A stretch of DNA of 64,000 bases. Source: Octopus vulgaris (taxonomy: Eukaryota). Shown one piece after another: positions 51,145-64,000 of this stretch (position 1 is the first letter of the stretch; each line of letters starts with the position of its first letter). The notes under the pieces were generated by a model. The model had not been told where the DNA came from. It ran no database searches and saw only the letters and a list, made by a program, of their open reading frames with translations. Both the position numbers and the translations under genes were made by a program. The stretch covers positions 51,770,001-51,834,000 of the forward strand of contig OX597827.1 in NCBI GenBank assembly GCA_951406725.2. Direction: 5' to 3'.

Positions 51145-52513
51145 GGTGTGTAAGTGAATGAGAGTGGTAGTATTTCAACCGGGGTAGGGTGGGGAGTGAT
51201 TTTAAAATTCTAAAATGGATCCACCATTAATCGTATGATTTGCGGAAAAGGCCAAATTGAATTGTTAGTTAATTGTATTTGTTTGGAGCTGCGAGGTGGG
51301 GGTCCGTCCTAATTCCTCGAACCCCACCTGACCAAGGGGCGGGAATTACATCTATATTCGTTTATGTGTGTGTGTATTTCTATACAAAGTACATACTGTC
51401 TTACACGCTGTGTAAATACATGCAGCTTTTTTGCTTAGGTGCTGAGATAGAAAAACAGGGTAACTGGAGAAATTGAGATGGAAAAACTCAATGAAGAAGA
51501 CAGCGCTTTGTAAGAGGTGAGTCAAAAAGCAAACTGAAGACAGATTAGTATCAGAATGAAAGCGAGAAAAGAAGAGAGTTGGGGGGAGAGGTATACGCGA
51601 TAGTGCGAAAGTGAAGGAGTTAAGAGAAAATGAAATGATGAGGGGGGAAAGCGAAAAGGCAGTAAAAATAAATAGATGGAATAGAAGGGGGGGGGGTTGT
51701 AAGGAAAAAAATGGGAGGAAGAGAAGGAGAAAGAAACCAGAAATAACGCAAAATGATGCTGGAACGCGGTTTTAAGTGCTACTTTGGTTACAATTAACAA
51801 ACCACGAGGTTATTTTATTGATAATGTCTAAATGAAGAAATCACTGCTTCGCTCTCAGTCATTGGAAGTAAGCTTAGTTCAAACCAAGCAGACACACACA
51901 CACACACACATACATACACTCACACGCACACACACACACACATTCGCTCACACATACACATGCATACACACATACACACACACATAGTCACACATGCCTG
52001 AATTTTTATATTTACATATATGTTTGTTTTTTTTTATGAATTACGCTATCTTATATCGATTCATTTTAATTAAATTTGTTTGTCGTGTAAGCTGACAGTT
52101 GCTCAGCAAATATCGTCTGCGTGAAACATATGTTAGAAGATTCAGTCGTTATTGTCATGTGCCAGTTATTTTTTTGATCGACTGGATTTTCTATTTTCCT
52201 GGAGATATATACACCTCGGTGTTTATGTGACATTTACAAGAAAGTCAGCGAACATGATTTCACATATACATCGTAAATCAGTAGAGTATTATTATTCCAC
52301 TGTAAGTTGTTCTTCATTTGGAATATTTGGGTAGGGATACGGCATATAAGAAAAGATGGCGATCTTTTTAATGGTCCTTACAGGCCTATGTTATTTGCAT
52401 GTTTTAGAATATTTAGTCTTACGAAGAGGCGCAATGTATTTATGTTCTTCATATATTGGTGAAATCGATTGGTTGGCATGCAGTGGGTTTTGAGAAGTGT
52501 GTATGTCTGTGTC

Positions 52514-52576
<63 letters not shown>

Positions 52577-52612
52577 CTATATATATATATATATAATATA
52601 AATAACTCTCTA

Positions 52613-52644
<32 letters not shown>

Positions 52645-52655
52645 ATAGACAGATA

Positions 52656-52790
<135 letters not shown>

Positions 52791-52795
52791 GATAG

Positions 52796-52831
<36 letters not shown>

Positions 52832-52947
52832 TAGATAGATAGATAGATAGATATATTTCTTGGGGCTAAATAACAGTAATATTCGCCCTAACTAGGACTG
52901 CCACATTATGTTGGCAAATAATCATTATTATAATAATAATCTTTAAA

Positions 52948-53367
52948 GTGCAGGAATGGCTGTGTGGTAACTTGCTTCCCAGCCACATGGTTTCGGGTTC
53001 GGTCCCACTGCGTAGCACCTTGGGCAAGTGTCTTCTACTGTAGCCTCGGGCCGACCAAAGACTTGTGAGTGGATTTGGTTGATGGTAAGTGAAAGAAGCC
53101 TGTCGTATATATAAGTGTGTGTGTGTTTGTGTGTCTGTGTTTGTCCTCACCATCAACACTTGACAGCCGATGTTGGGGTGTTTACGTCCCGGTAAATTAG
53201 CGGTTCGGCAAAAGACATCGATAGAATGGGGTCGATGGTTTCGACTAAAGGCTGTGCTCTAGCATGGCCATAGTCAAATGACTGAAACGAATATAAGTAT
53301 ATATATATATATATATATATATCCTCGTGAGTGGATTTGGCAGACGGAAACTGAAAGAAGCCCGTCG

Positions 53368-53420
<53 letters not shown>

Positions 53421-53623
53421 TTGTGTGTGTGAGTTCCCCAACATCGCTTGACATCGATGCTGGTGTGTTTACGTCCCCGTAACTTAGCGGTTCGGCAGAA
53501 GAGACCGATAGAATAAGTACTAAGCTTACAAAGAATAAGTCCTGGGGTCGATTTGCTCAACGAAAGACGGTGCTCCAGCATGGCCGCAGTGAAAATTACT
53601 GAAACGAATAAAAGAATAAAAGT
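52948..53623 (+). mobile_element. Two CORE-type SINEs in tandem, the second 5'-truncated
   Basis: Family motifs caccttgggcaagtgtcttctac and gtgagtggatttgg (twice); gactgaaac-type tails. Confidence 0.85.
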
Positions 53624-53661
<38 letters not shown>

Positions 53662-53690
53662 TTTTCTATCTAATCTTTTTAATTTTTGGA

Positions 53691-53793
<103 letters not shown>

Positions 53794-54318
53794 CATATAT
53801 AAAAAAATATATATATATATGTATATATATAACAATTTTTCTAATCTTTAAAATTTTGGGATATATATATATATATATATATATAATCTGAGTGTGTGTG
53901 TATTTATGTGTAAGTGTGTGTGTTCTTTTAGTTAGTCAAAGAAGGCTAGGAGATTCCTATGACCTTTTCTAGCTCTGGCAAACTGTTGCAGCTGATGTTC
54001 AGTCTAAGAATCAATAAGGTCGATGTCATCATGGAAAAATATCTGATAACAAGCAATTTCTTGTGGCTTTGTTTTTTCTGGGAAGAAAGAATTAGGTAGT
54101 ACTTAGGACGGATCTGAGTGTCGAGACGCAGTAGGTGAGACGAGGAGAAACGACCGTGGCTGGACCTGATGAAAGAAGAATGGAGAAAAACCAGTTCAGA
54201 GGAGCATAACTCGTTGCAGTAGCACAACAGAGGGCAACACCTGTAGGCTGAATGTTGTATCTTGGAGAGTGAGGGAATCATTCTCAATCAGTCTTCTTTT
54301 TTTATATAACATCTAATA

Positions 54319-54971
54319 TACATACATACATACATACATACATACATACATACATGTATTCATTCATTCATTCATACATACATACATACATACATACATA
54401 CATGTATTCATTCATTCATACATACATACATACATACATACATACATACATACATACATACATACATACATACATACATACATACATACATACATACATA
54501 CATACATGTATTCATTCATTCATACATACATACATTCATACACACATACATACATACATACATACATGTATTCATTCATTCATACATACATACATGCATA
54601 CCTACATACATACATACATGTATTCATTCATACATACATACATACATACATGCATACATACATACATACATACATACATACATACATACATACATGTATT
54701 CATTCATTCATACATACATACATGCATACATACATACATGTATTCATTCATACATACATACATACATGCATGCATACATACAGTACATACATACATACAT
54801 ACATACATACATACATACATGTATTCATTCATTCATACATACATACATACATTCATACACACATACATACATACATACATACATACATACATACATGTAT
54901 TCATTCATTCATACATACATACATGCATACATACATACATACATACATACATACATACATACATACATACA

Positions 54972-55005
<34 letters not shown>

Positions 55006-55010
55006 CATAT
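54319..55010. repeat. (CATA)n array with higher-order unit catgtattcattca
   Basis: The interruption motif recurs about 9 times among CATA runs. Confidence 0.9.
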
Positions 55011-55412
55011 GTAAGTATATACATACACAGACACAAGCACATACACATGTACACATGTGAGTGGAGCATGTTTCTTCGTTGAAACGAAAACCATCAACTT
55101 TATTTTAATACCAAGTTAGAATATACTATAGCGTCTGTCTATATATCTATATCTATGTACTGTGTTTATGTATATACATTACAGATAAACATACGTACTT
55201 GTGTGTATGTGTGTGTGTTTATACACGCACACATACACACGTCTTTATCTTACGTGTTTAAGTCATTGAACTACAGCCATGCTGGAGCACCGCCTGCATT
55301 GACTTCAGTACTTATTTAAAAAAAAATTAAGTCTACTACTTATTCTATTGGTCTCTAACCGCTAAGATACAGATATGTAAACAAACAAACACCGGTCTCC
55401 AAGCGACAAACA

Positions 55413-55615
55413 GCCGTTCAAGAATTTGGACCTGGAGATCTCCATTTCCAGCGACTTCCAGGGCCACCTCCCAGTGGTGTCGGGTGTCAACGAAGAGCCC
55501 TCGACTACAACAAGACGACCAAAGTTTTTTTTTCCAAGGTCTGGGATCTCCCGCCCCTATGCCCAAGACCATCACCTTATCACCCTTACCCGCCTTGTTG
55601 CTTAACAATAACAAC
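55413..55615 (+). mobile_element. 5'-truncated retroposon with (AAC)n tail and 11-bp TSD
   Basis: agcgacaaaca at 55402-55412 and 55616-55626. Confidence 0.7.
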
Positions 55616-55673
55616 AGCGACAAACACATCACACACACACACACACACACGCACACACAGACACACACACACA

Positions 55674-55738
<65 letters not shown>

Positions 55739-55842
55739 GTACGCACGCACGCACGCACAACAGGCTTCCTTTGATTTCCGCCAACCAAATCCATTAATAA
55801 GGTCCAAAGCTATCGTTAGCCACTTGCCCAAGGTCCCGCCTG

Positions 55843-56336
55843 CGAAATTTTTTTTCCACCAGAGTTCCGGACCCCAGTAATAAACTCATTTGCATATAGC
55901 CACTTAAAGCTCAACTATCAAACTAATTTATGAGCGCATGACAAGTGATGGGCGATAAGATGAGTTCACTTGGGTAAGGAATGATCATGCTTCTTTTCTC
56001 TTTCAAGAATGCTTGCTGGCTGCTTCTGCATAGTTATTTGTGTTGTTGTTTACTTTGCAAAATAGTAGGGGGAAGGGTTGCTAGCACATCACCCTCTACC
56101 CACATTTTTCTCATCCACATCGATAATTGGTATAGATGCAAATCTAATTTCTTGTCTCCTTCTAAAATCAGGCATAACTTGGCGATCGGTCGAATTACAT
56201 CACCGTTCTTCGTCTTGAGTTTACTTCATCGAGTGTGTTTGTCAACTTGACAACAAGGTCAAGGTGAGCTCTGATTGGCTGTATGCAAATGAGGTCATTA
56301 CTGGAGTCCGGAACTCTCGTGGGGAAAAAAATTTCG
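55843..56336. mobile_element. MITE with ~60-bp TIRs each containing ATTTGCAT
   Basis: cgaaattttttttccaccagagttccggaccccagtaataaactcatttgcatatagcca pairs with its reverse complement at ~56277-56336. Confidence 0.8.
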
Positions 56337-56518
56337 AGTCCGCACAGCGTGACGGAACTTATGACCACATAGATGGGAATTATGCTCTGTGTGTGTGTGT
56401 GTGTGTGTGTATTGCAACTAAACATATTGAATAGTAACTTAAATTTCATTCTTGATCAGTCGCAAGACGAAACTTATGTCAGTTCTCAACAGATTTAGTA
56501 GTAATATGTGTTCTGCAG

Positions 56519-56708
56519 GCCGCGAGCTAGCAGAATCGTTAACACGCCGGAAAAATATCCTTAGCGGCATTTCGCCCGTCTTTACGATCTGAGCACAAAT
56601 GCTGCCGGGATTAATTTTGCCCTTCATCTTTGAGCACTGGGGTCGATATAATCGACTTACCCCAAGCCCCGAAATTGCTGTCCTTGTGCCAAAGTTTGAA
56701 ACCAGTAT
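56519..56708 (+). mobile_element. tRNA SINE (Deu/Nin-like), internally deleted
   Basis: gcgagctagcagaatcgttaacacgccgg...gtgccaaagtttgaaacca. Confidence 0.75.
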
Positions 56709-57070
56709 ATATGTGTTCTGTTACAGCACTGCATTTCAGTGATGTTCTTAGACTGTTCTTGGAATAATTCGTTGTTAAACGTATTAGCTTTTCTATGAGG
56801 AAGTTGCAAGCCCTCGCTCAAACTTTATTTCAAGAGAAATGAATGTTATGAGTGATCTCCAACAACCTTTGTTACGGCGTAGTAAAGCCGATTGGGGAAC
56901 TGAATTGGTGGGAGAGAGAGAGGGAGAGAGAGAGAGAGAGAGAGAGAAAGGAGACATCAAGACAGACGGACAATGTGTGTATTTGTGTGTGTGTGTGTGT
57001 GTGTGCACGTTCGTGCGTATATGTGTGTGTGTGTATGTGTGTGTGTATGCATGCATGTGCGTATATGTGT

Positions 57071-58089
<1,019 letters not shown>

Positions 58090-59399
58090 TGTGTCTAAAT
58101 ATATAAAAGATAATTACTTTGGCAGCTGGAAATGCACCTGGGGCTAAGAGCGAATTGTAGTTTTTTATATTTTTTAAATTTATCAAAATACAATACTGGT
58201 ATCAACAATTTTTTCTACGTTTCTCAAAGGTAAATAAAAAACGAAAGAATAAGATAAAATTTTAGAAGAAAGAAATGCACAGGAAAAAGTTCCATACTGA
58301 TCAAACATGCTCGAAAAACCAATGTTAAACAGGTTTCATAGCAAAATCGTATGTATGTATGTAACACATAAATACATACATACATAAGTTGTAATTATTG
58401 GTGGGGAGGCATGATTATGAAACTAAGAGTTTCAATACCAGTCTTCACAGAAGTTGGATTTCACAATATGTATAATTAGAGAATTATAAGTCATTAAAAA
58501 TATGTAAAAACTATCCAAAAACTATGTACATACTAGCCACTTTAGTGTATAGTATGTACATACAAATGGTAAGCCATACAAATATATGCATATCCGTATA
58601 CAAAGTTTAAAACAGCATAGATTCACACTCGCAGTGATATACATCTACCCAAATATACATGCATATTTTTTCAGTGATGGGTTCTTTGATGAATCTAGCT
58701 TCCTTTTAAATTGTGGTTCTTTTGATGAAGGATTGTTTTAAAGAGCAGCAGCTGCGGAAAATACAGCTACCCGGGCGCCCAGACAATCGCGACTGTTGCG
58801 CCTATGCTAAACTTATTGCGCGAGGAAAGTGTTGATGTGGCGGTATTTCATTGCAGGAGTTGTGCGAAATTCAAGGCCACCGCAATGACAAAGACCAGTT
58901 CTGAGATCCGAGATCGATGTTGCAGGAAAAGATAGCTACGCAACGATGAGTGTGGTATCAGACTGCGCATTTCCACATTTCTCAGTATCATTATCTTCGC
59001 TGTGAAGGAGATACCGAAAGTGCCAAGAATAACCCAAAATGACAGGTAACTACTCCCAACTATAAAAAGTTACCGGGAATCTAATCAACCAGAAACCGTC
59101 GTCAAGCCGACAGTTGTAGATTTCTTTTTCTCTCTCGAACTCTACTTCTCTAACCTTGGTCTTTCTTGACTAACACGCCGGGTAGCAAGGTAGCAATTGA
59201 GAAGTGTCAGCGCGTATTCCCAAGGGTAGCCCAGCATCTATAACTCTGGGGGCCCAATGATGCTCCGAGTTCCCTGACAAGTTAATTTGACACAAAACAT
59301 TCAGGTAAAGTTTGAATCTGCAAGAAGTCTTAGTCAAGGAGAAGCTAAGTTATATTAGGGAAGACTATCACACGGAAGGTTGCCTCCTGCATCAGCACA

Positions 59400-59620
59400 T
59401 GTATGAGCTACCGGCAGTAAGGTGTATCCAAAATAGTTGTAGGTATTACTGCACTATATGCACCTCATTACCATACATACATACATACATACATACATAC
59501 ATGATGGACCAGTAGCCGGATTACTACCTCTCATTTTGAAGGGTATGCATTTGCAGTCCAGGAACAAGAAATATCAAACAAGTACCTGATGCACAAAAGG
59601 GATAGAGATGCAGGATGTGG
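59400..59620 (+). mobile_element. Fragment of an RLE-type (R4/Dong-like) LINE
   Basis: WTSSRITTSHFEGYAFAVQEQEISNKYL resembles the post-RT EG.I.A.QDQ motif. Confidence 0.5.
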
Positions 59621-59749
59621 TCGTAGGGAGGCCGTTGTGACATACGACGTGTCTAAGGCATTTTTTAGAGCTGGCGAAGCTCATCCCTCTACAGGAATAC
59701 ATGCATGCACTTCATAAGAGCTACTGCTCTTTAATATATAATTAAATGA

Positions 59750-60125
59750 AAGCGGCGAGGTGGCAGAATAGTTAGCACGCCGGGTGAAATGCGTAGCGGT
59801 ATTTCGTCTGCCGTTACGTTCTGAGTTCAAATTCCGCCGAGGTCGACTTTGCCTTTCATCCTTTCGGGGTCGATTAAGTAAGTACCAGCTACGCACTGAG
59901 GTCGATGTAATCGACTTAATCCGTTTGTCTGTCCTTGTCTGTCCCCTCTGTGTTTAGCCCCTTGTGGGTAGTAAAGAAATAGGTATTTCGTCTGCCGTTA
60001 CGTTCTGAGTTCAAATTCCGCCGAGGTCGACTTTGCCTTTCGGGGTCGATAAGTACCAGTTGCGCACTGTAGTGGATCTAATCGACTGGCCCCCTCCCCG
60101 CCAAAATATTTCGGGCCTTGTGCCT
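59750..60125 (+). mobile_element. Full-length Deu/Nin-like SINE followed by a truncated copy
   Basis: gcggcgaggtggcagaatagttagcacgccgg...gtaaagaaata, then a repeat starting at ggtatttcgtctgccg. Confidence 0.9.
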
Positions 60126-60240
60126 AGAGTATGCAACGTGCATACATAAACATGCATACATATATACCTACATGCATACATGCATACATAAATGTATACA
60201 TACATACATACATGCATACATGCATGCATACATGCATACA

Positions 60241-60271
<31 letters not shown>

Positions 60272-61128
60272 GTATATACATGCATCATTAAGCAGTTTAT
60301 GTCTGAATTGTTTCTTTGTTGGAGTCCAGTTCTTTTTCTATTGGAGAGACATTCGAAAGATTTAACAAAAAAAAACAAAAAAAACTACATATATGCATGC
60401 TTAGATACATACAAATGCATCCGAAGTCGGACTACGCAAAATTTCCAAGAATAAATAGTTCGTCAAAAATACGGGCAGCTGTTGCCAGAATTGGTAGACC
60501 GCCTTGTATTTAATTACGTTCTATTATGTTCTGTATTCAAATCACACTGGGTTTCGTCTTTCTGGAATTGATAAGTCAAGCACAGGAGTCAGTTTAATCT
60601 ACTCTACCACTCTCTCCAAAACTGCGTGGCCTTGTGCCAATGTTAGAAATCAATATTATGCCGAATATATATTTCGCTTGTGCAAGAAACTATCAAACAC
60701 ATTTACAAAACATTCTGAACTGCTTCTGCAGTTTGACACACAGCTGACTCATACTAGATGTTCACGGCACACTGCTGAGTTTCATAATGACCTACAACAC
60801 ACGCTTGAAGATGATTGTTCTATGATTGCCAAATAATTGTTCCGTAAATTGAATTCACCTCTTTTCATCATCGATCTACATAGCTGTACACCGTTAAAGT
60901 GTCCAGTTTGATAAAATATCCAGATTTTTTTTTCATACACACGCCAACAAAACAGACGGAATGTTGTTCTTCATTTAGTCTGGCACGCTGTTACAGCTAG
61001 TTCCATATATCACTATTGTACACTTCACATGGCCTAACCATATCCTTATGATTAATACTGGTAATATCCATTCTTTTTTTAAGCAAATAAGTTAACTTGA
61101 AGATACTCTTTATTCAACTGGAACATAT

Positions 61129-61302
61129 GGCGCAGGAGTGGCTGTGTGGTAAGTAGCTTGTTTACCAACCACATGTTTCCGGGTTCAGTCCCAATGCGTG
61201 GCACCTTGGGCAAGTGTCTTCTACTATAGCCTCGGGCCGACCAAAGCCTTGTGAGTGGATTTGGTAGACGGAAACTGAAAGAAGCCCGTCGTATATATGT
61301 AC

Positions 61303-61367
<65 letters not shown>

Positions 61368-61592
61368 TGTGTGTGTTTGTGTGTCTGTGTTTGTACCCCT
61401 AGCATTGCTTGACAACCGATGCTGGTGTGTTTATGTCCCCGTTACTTAGCGGTTCGGCAAAAGAGACCGATAGAATAAGTACTGGGCTTGCAAAGAATAA
61501 GTCTCGGGATCGAGTTGCTCGATTAAAAGGCGGTGCTCCAGCATGGCCGCAGTCAAATGACTGAAACAAGTAAAAGAGTAAAAGAGTAAGAG
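61129..61592 (+). mobile_element. Full-length CORE-type SINE
   Basis: ggcgcaggagtggctgtgtggtaag...gactgaaacaagtaaaagagtaaaagag. Confidence 0.92.
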
Positions 61593-62189
61593 TATATGTG
61601 TTCCTCGTACAGTTAGGATCGATTTGAACTGTGATTCTTAAGGACAGTTGATTCTTATGAGCGTTATGAGGCGTTATGAGGTGTTATGAGGCGTTATGGT
61701 GCTATAGGGGAGCTGGGTGTTTAGAGAGGTCACGATTTTTCTTAGAAATAACACATTTAAAACCAAGCGCGATACTTAAAGTTAGTTTTCAATAATTGCA
61801 TCCTTCAAAACTTCCATGCTTCCTGAGATTCGTCAACACTACACCTGATTTTCTCCCCTCCATACACACGCAAGCATGTATCTGACTCATACACTGTTCA
61901 CTTCCCAGACATTTGTACATTACTGCATATGCTTTGTACGCACTTTTGGCAAGTTGTGGTGTACCTGAGCACTATATACAATAATTTCATTATCATTTAT
62001 TATTATTATAAACATAGTCTTTGAAATATAATAATTCATTAAATACCCTAAATTATTTTCCATTTGCTTTTAAGGTAACCAAATACTTATGTGCTACATT
62101 TCTTAAGACCAGTTATAAAGCTAATAATTCATTAATTTAAATTTAAATTTAAATGCGTAAATAACGGTAAACCCAATATATTCACCCTG

Positions 62190-62671
62190 TTCCAGCAGGG
62201 TCATCTGCGTTTGCTCAGTCATATACATTGCATGCCGGACGGGAGGATCCCAAAAGACCTCCTGTACGGGGAATTGGCCACCGGCACAAGAGCATGAGGA
62301 CGATCTCATCTTCGCTTCAAGGACGTCTGCAAGAGAGATATGAAGTCGATTGATCTGGTCGACCTGAGACGGGAGGAGGACGCAAATGATCGCGCACGCT
62401 GCAGACAAATACTGCGAAAGGGGATGAAGCGAAGGGAAGGGAAACAAGGACTCGCCACCAAAGAAAAGCGCACTCGACGGAAGGAAAAGCCAATAGCGCC
62501 GGCAGAGAGCTCCTTTAAATGCAGTATTTGTATGCGTGAGTGTCACTCCCGCGTGGGGCCTCTACAGCCACATCAGACGCTGCACCACCATCCGCAGATA
62601 ACACGATTTCTTCGGGTGCAGATCCATGGCCTCTCGAGACCGACGGATGCTTACTACTACTACTACTGCTG

Positions 62672-62721
<50 letters not shown>

Positions 62722-62722
62722 G
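62190..62722 (+). mobile_element. 3' end of an RTE/BovB-like LINE with (TAC)n tail
   Basis: MPDGRIPKDLLYGEL, RFKDVCKRDMK and zinc-finger-like FKCSICMRECHSRVG, followed by (tac)n. Confidence 0.85.
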
Positions 62723-62728
62723 CATGTA

Positions 62729-63122
62729 GGCGTAGGCGTAGCTGTGTGGTAAGAAGTTTGCTTCCCATCAGCATGATTCCAGGTTCAATCCCACTATGTG
62801 ACACCTTGGGCAAGTGTCTTCTACTATACCCTCGGGGCGACCAAAGACTTGTGAGTGGATTTGGTAGACAGAAACTGAAAGAAGCCTGTCATGCATGTAT
62901 GTATGTATATCTATGTGTTTGCGTGTGTTTATCCCCTACCACCGCTTGACAACCGGTGTTGGTGTGTTTACGTCCACGTAACATAGCGGTTCGACTACAG
63001 AAGTCGATAGAATAAGTACCAGGCTTAGAAAAAGTACTGCAGTCGATTCATTGGACTAAAAATTCTTCAACGTGGTGTCCCAGGATGGCTGCAGTCTAAT
63101 GACTGAAAAACAAATAAAAGAT
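62729..63122 (+). mobile_element. CORE-type SINE
   Basis: gtgacaccttgggcaagtgtcttctactata and the family 3' end. Confidence 0.85.
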
Positions 63123-63525
63123 AAAAAATATAATTATAGAAGTCCTCATCTCTTTTCGTATTCCATAAAGACTCGCCAAAAGAGGCACTAATACACAAAG
63201 ATATCTAAAGAGTGACAAATGATGTTTGGAATATAGTAAGAAAATATTAATAACGAACCATCGCGCTATATTTATTCGTTTGAATTGTTTTTTCTCAATT
63301 GTGAAAACATGCAGCGGGTGAAAGGAATCATAACATAATGGTTGAAACCCACTCAGTTTCATCTATTTAGGATGATTGTACTATTATCTTAATGATAAAT
63401 AAACATAGGATGATTGTACTATTATCTTAATGATAAATAAACAATCTTAATTATGCGTCTACTTTCGATATACCGAGGACGTTAATACACCTTTTTTTCT
63501 CAAATTTATAAACCTGATATTGGGA

Positions 63526-63885
<360 letters not shown>

Positions 63886-64000
63886 TATTTGTTCATGCGC
63901 ATTTGCAGATAGAAACGAAGTCGGTTAAAAATACCATTCGTTCGTTGACAGTGAGACAATAATAACTTCAAGAAAATACATATTTTCAATGTCTCATTAA

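Larger units (their letters stand above)
55245..56380 (-). mobile_element. CORE-type SINE interrupted by two nested insertions
   Basis: SINE sequence at ~55245-55405, ~55620-55835 and ~56340-56380. Confidence 0.65.

Noticed and set aside
54354-55082. 242-aa HTYI-repeat ORF and similar YI, CV and LSIY ORFs across 42-64 kb
   Set aside because: Translations of (CATA)n, (TA)n, (CA)n and (GATA)n repeats.
63368-63443. ~38-bp tandem duplication (also 10-bp repeats at ~61655-61700)
   Set aside because: Simple local duplications with no further structure.

Overview
AT-rich, microsatellite- and transposon-dense eukaryotic DNA; the SINE families and repeat texture point to an octopus (coleoid cephalopod) genome, which is an inference. 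Two host coding sequences are supported. One is the large terminal exon of a proline-rich protein with two C-terminal SH3 domains (2059-3807, +). The other is a complete, intronless, divergent TMEM63/OSCA (CSC1-like) mechanosensitive-channel gene (15975-18143, +). The rest is mostly mobile-element debris: two Helitron Rep-Hel remnants plus a mini-Helitron, three mariners, RTE and other LINE fragments, Penelope-like elements (PLEs) with inverted pseudo-LTRs, solo LTRs, MITEs, many tRNA-derived SINEs and long microsatellites. Two observations stand out. First, the single-exon TMEM63 paralog has Lys in TM4 where vertebrate TMEM63 has Trp, as in plant OSCA. Second, several distinct minimal type I hammerhead-ribozyme motifs occur in PLE ends and in short non-coding fold-back elements embedded in (TA)n tracts, including a perfect 103-bp-arm palindrome with a hammerhead-like motif on each strand. 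All homology calls are by eye from remembered family motifs; no searches or folding programs were run.
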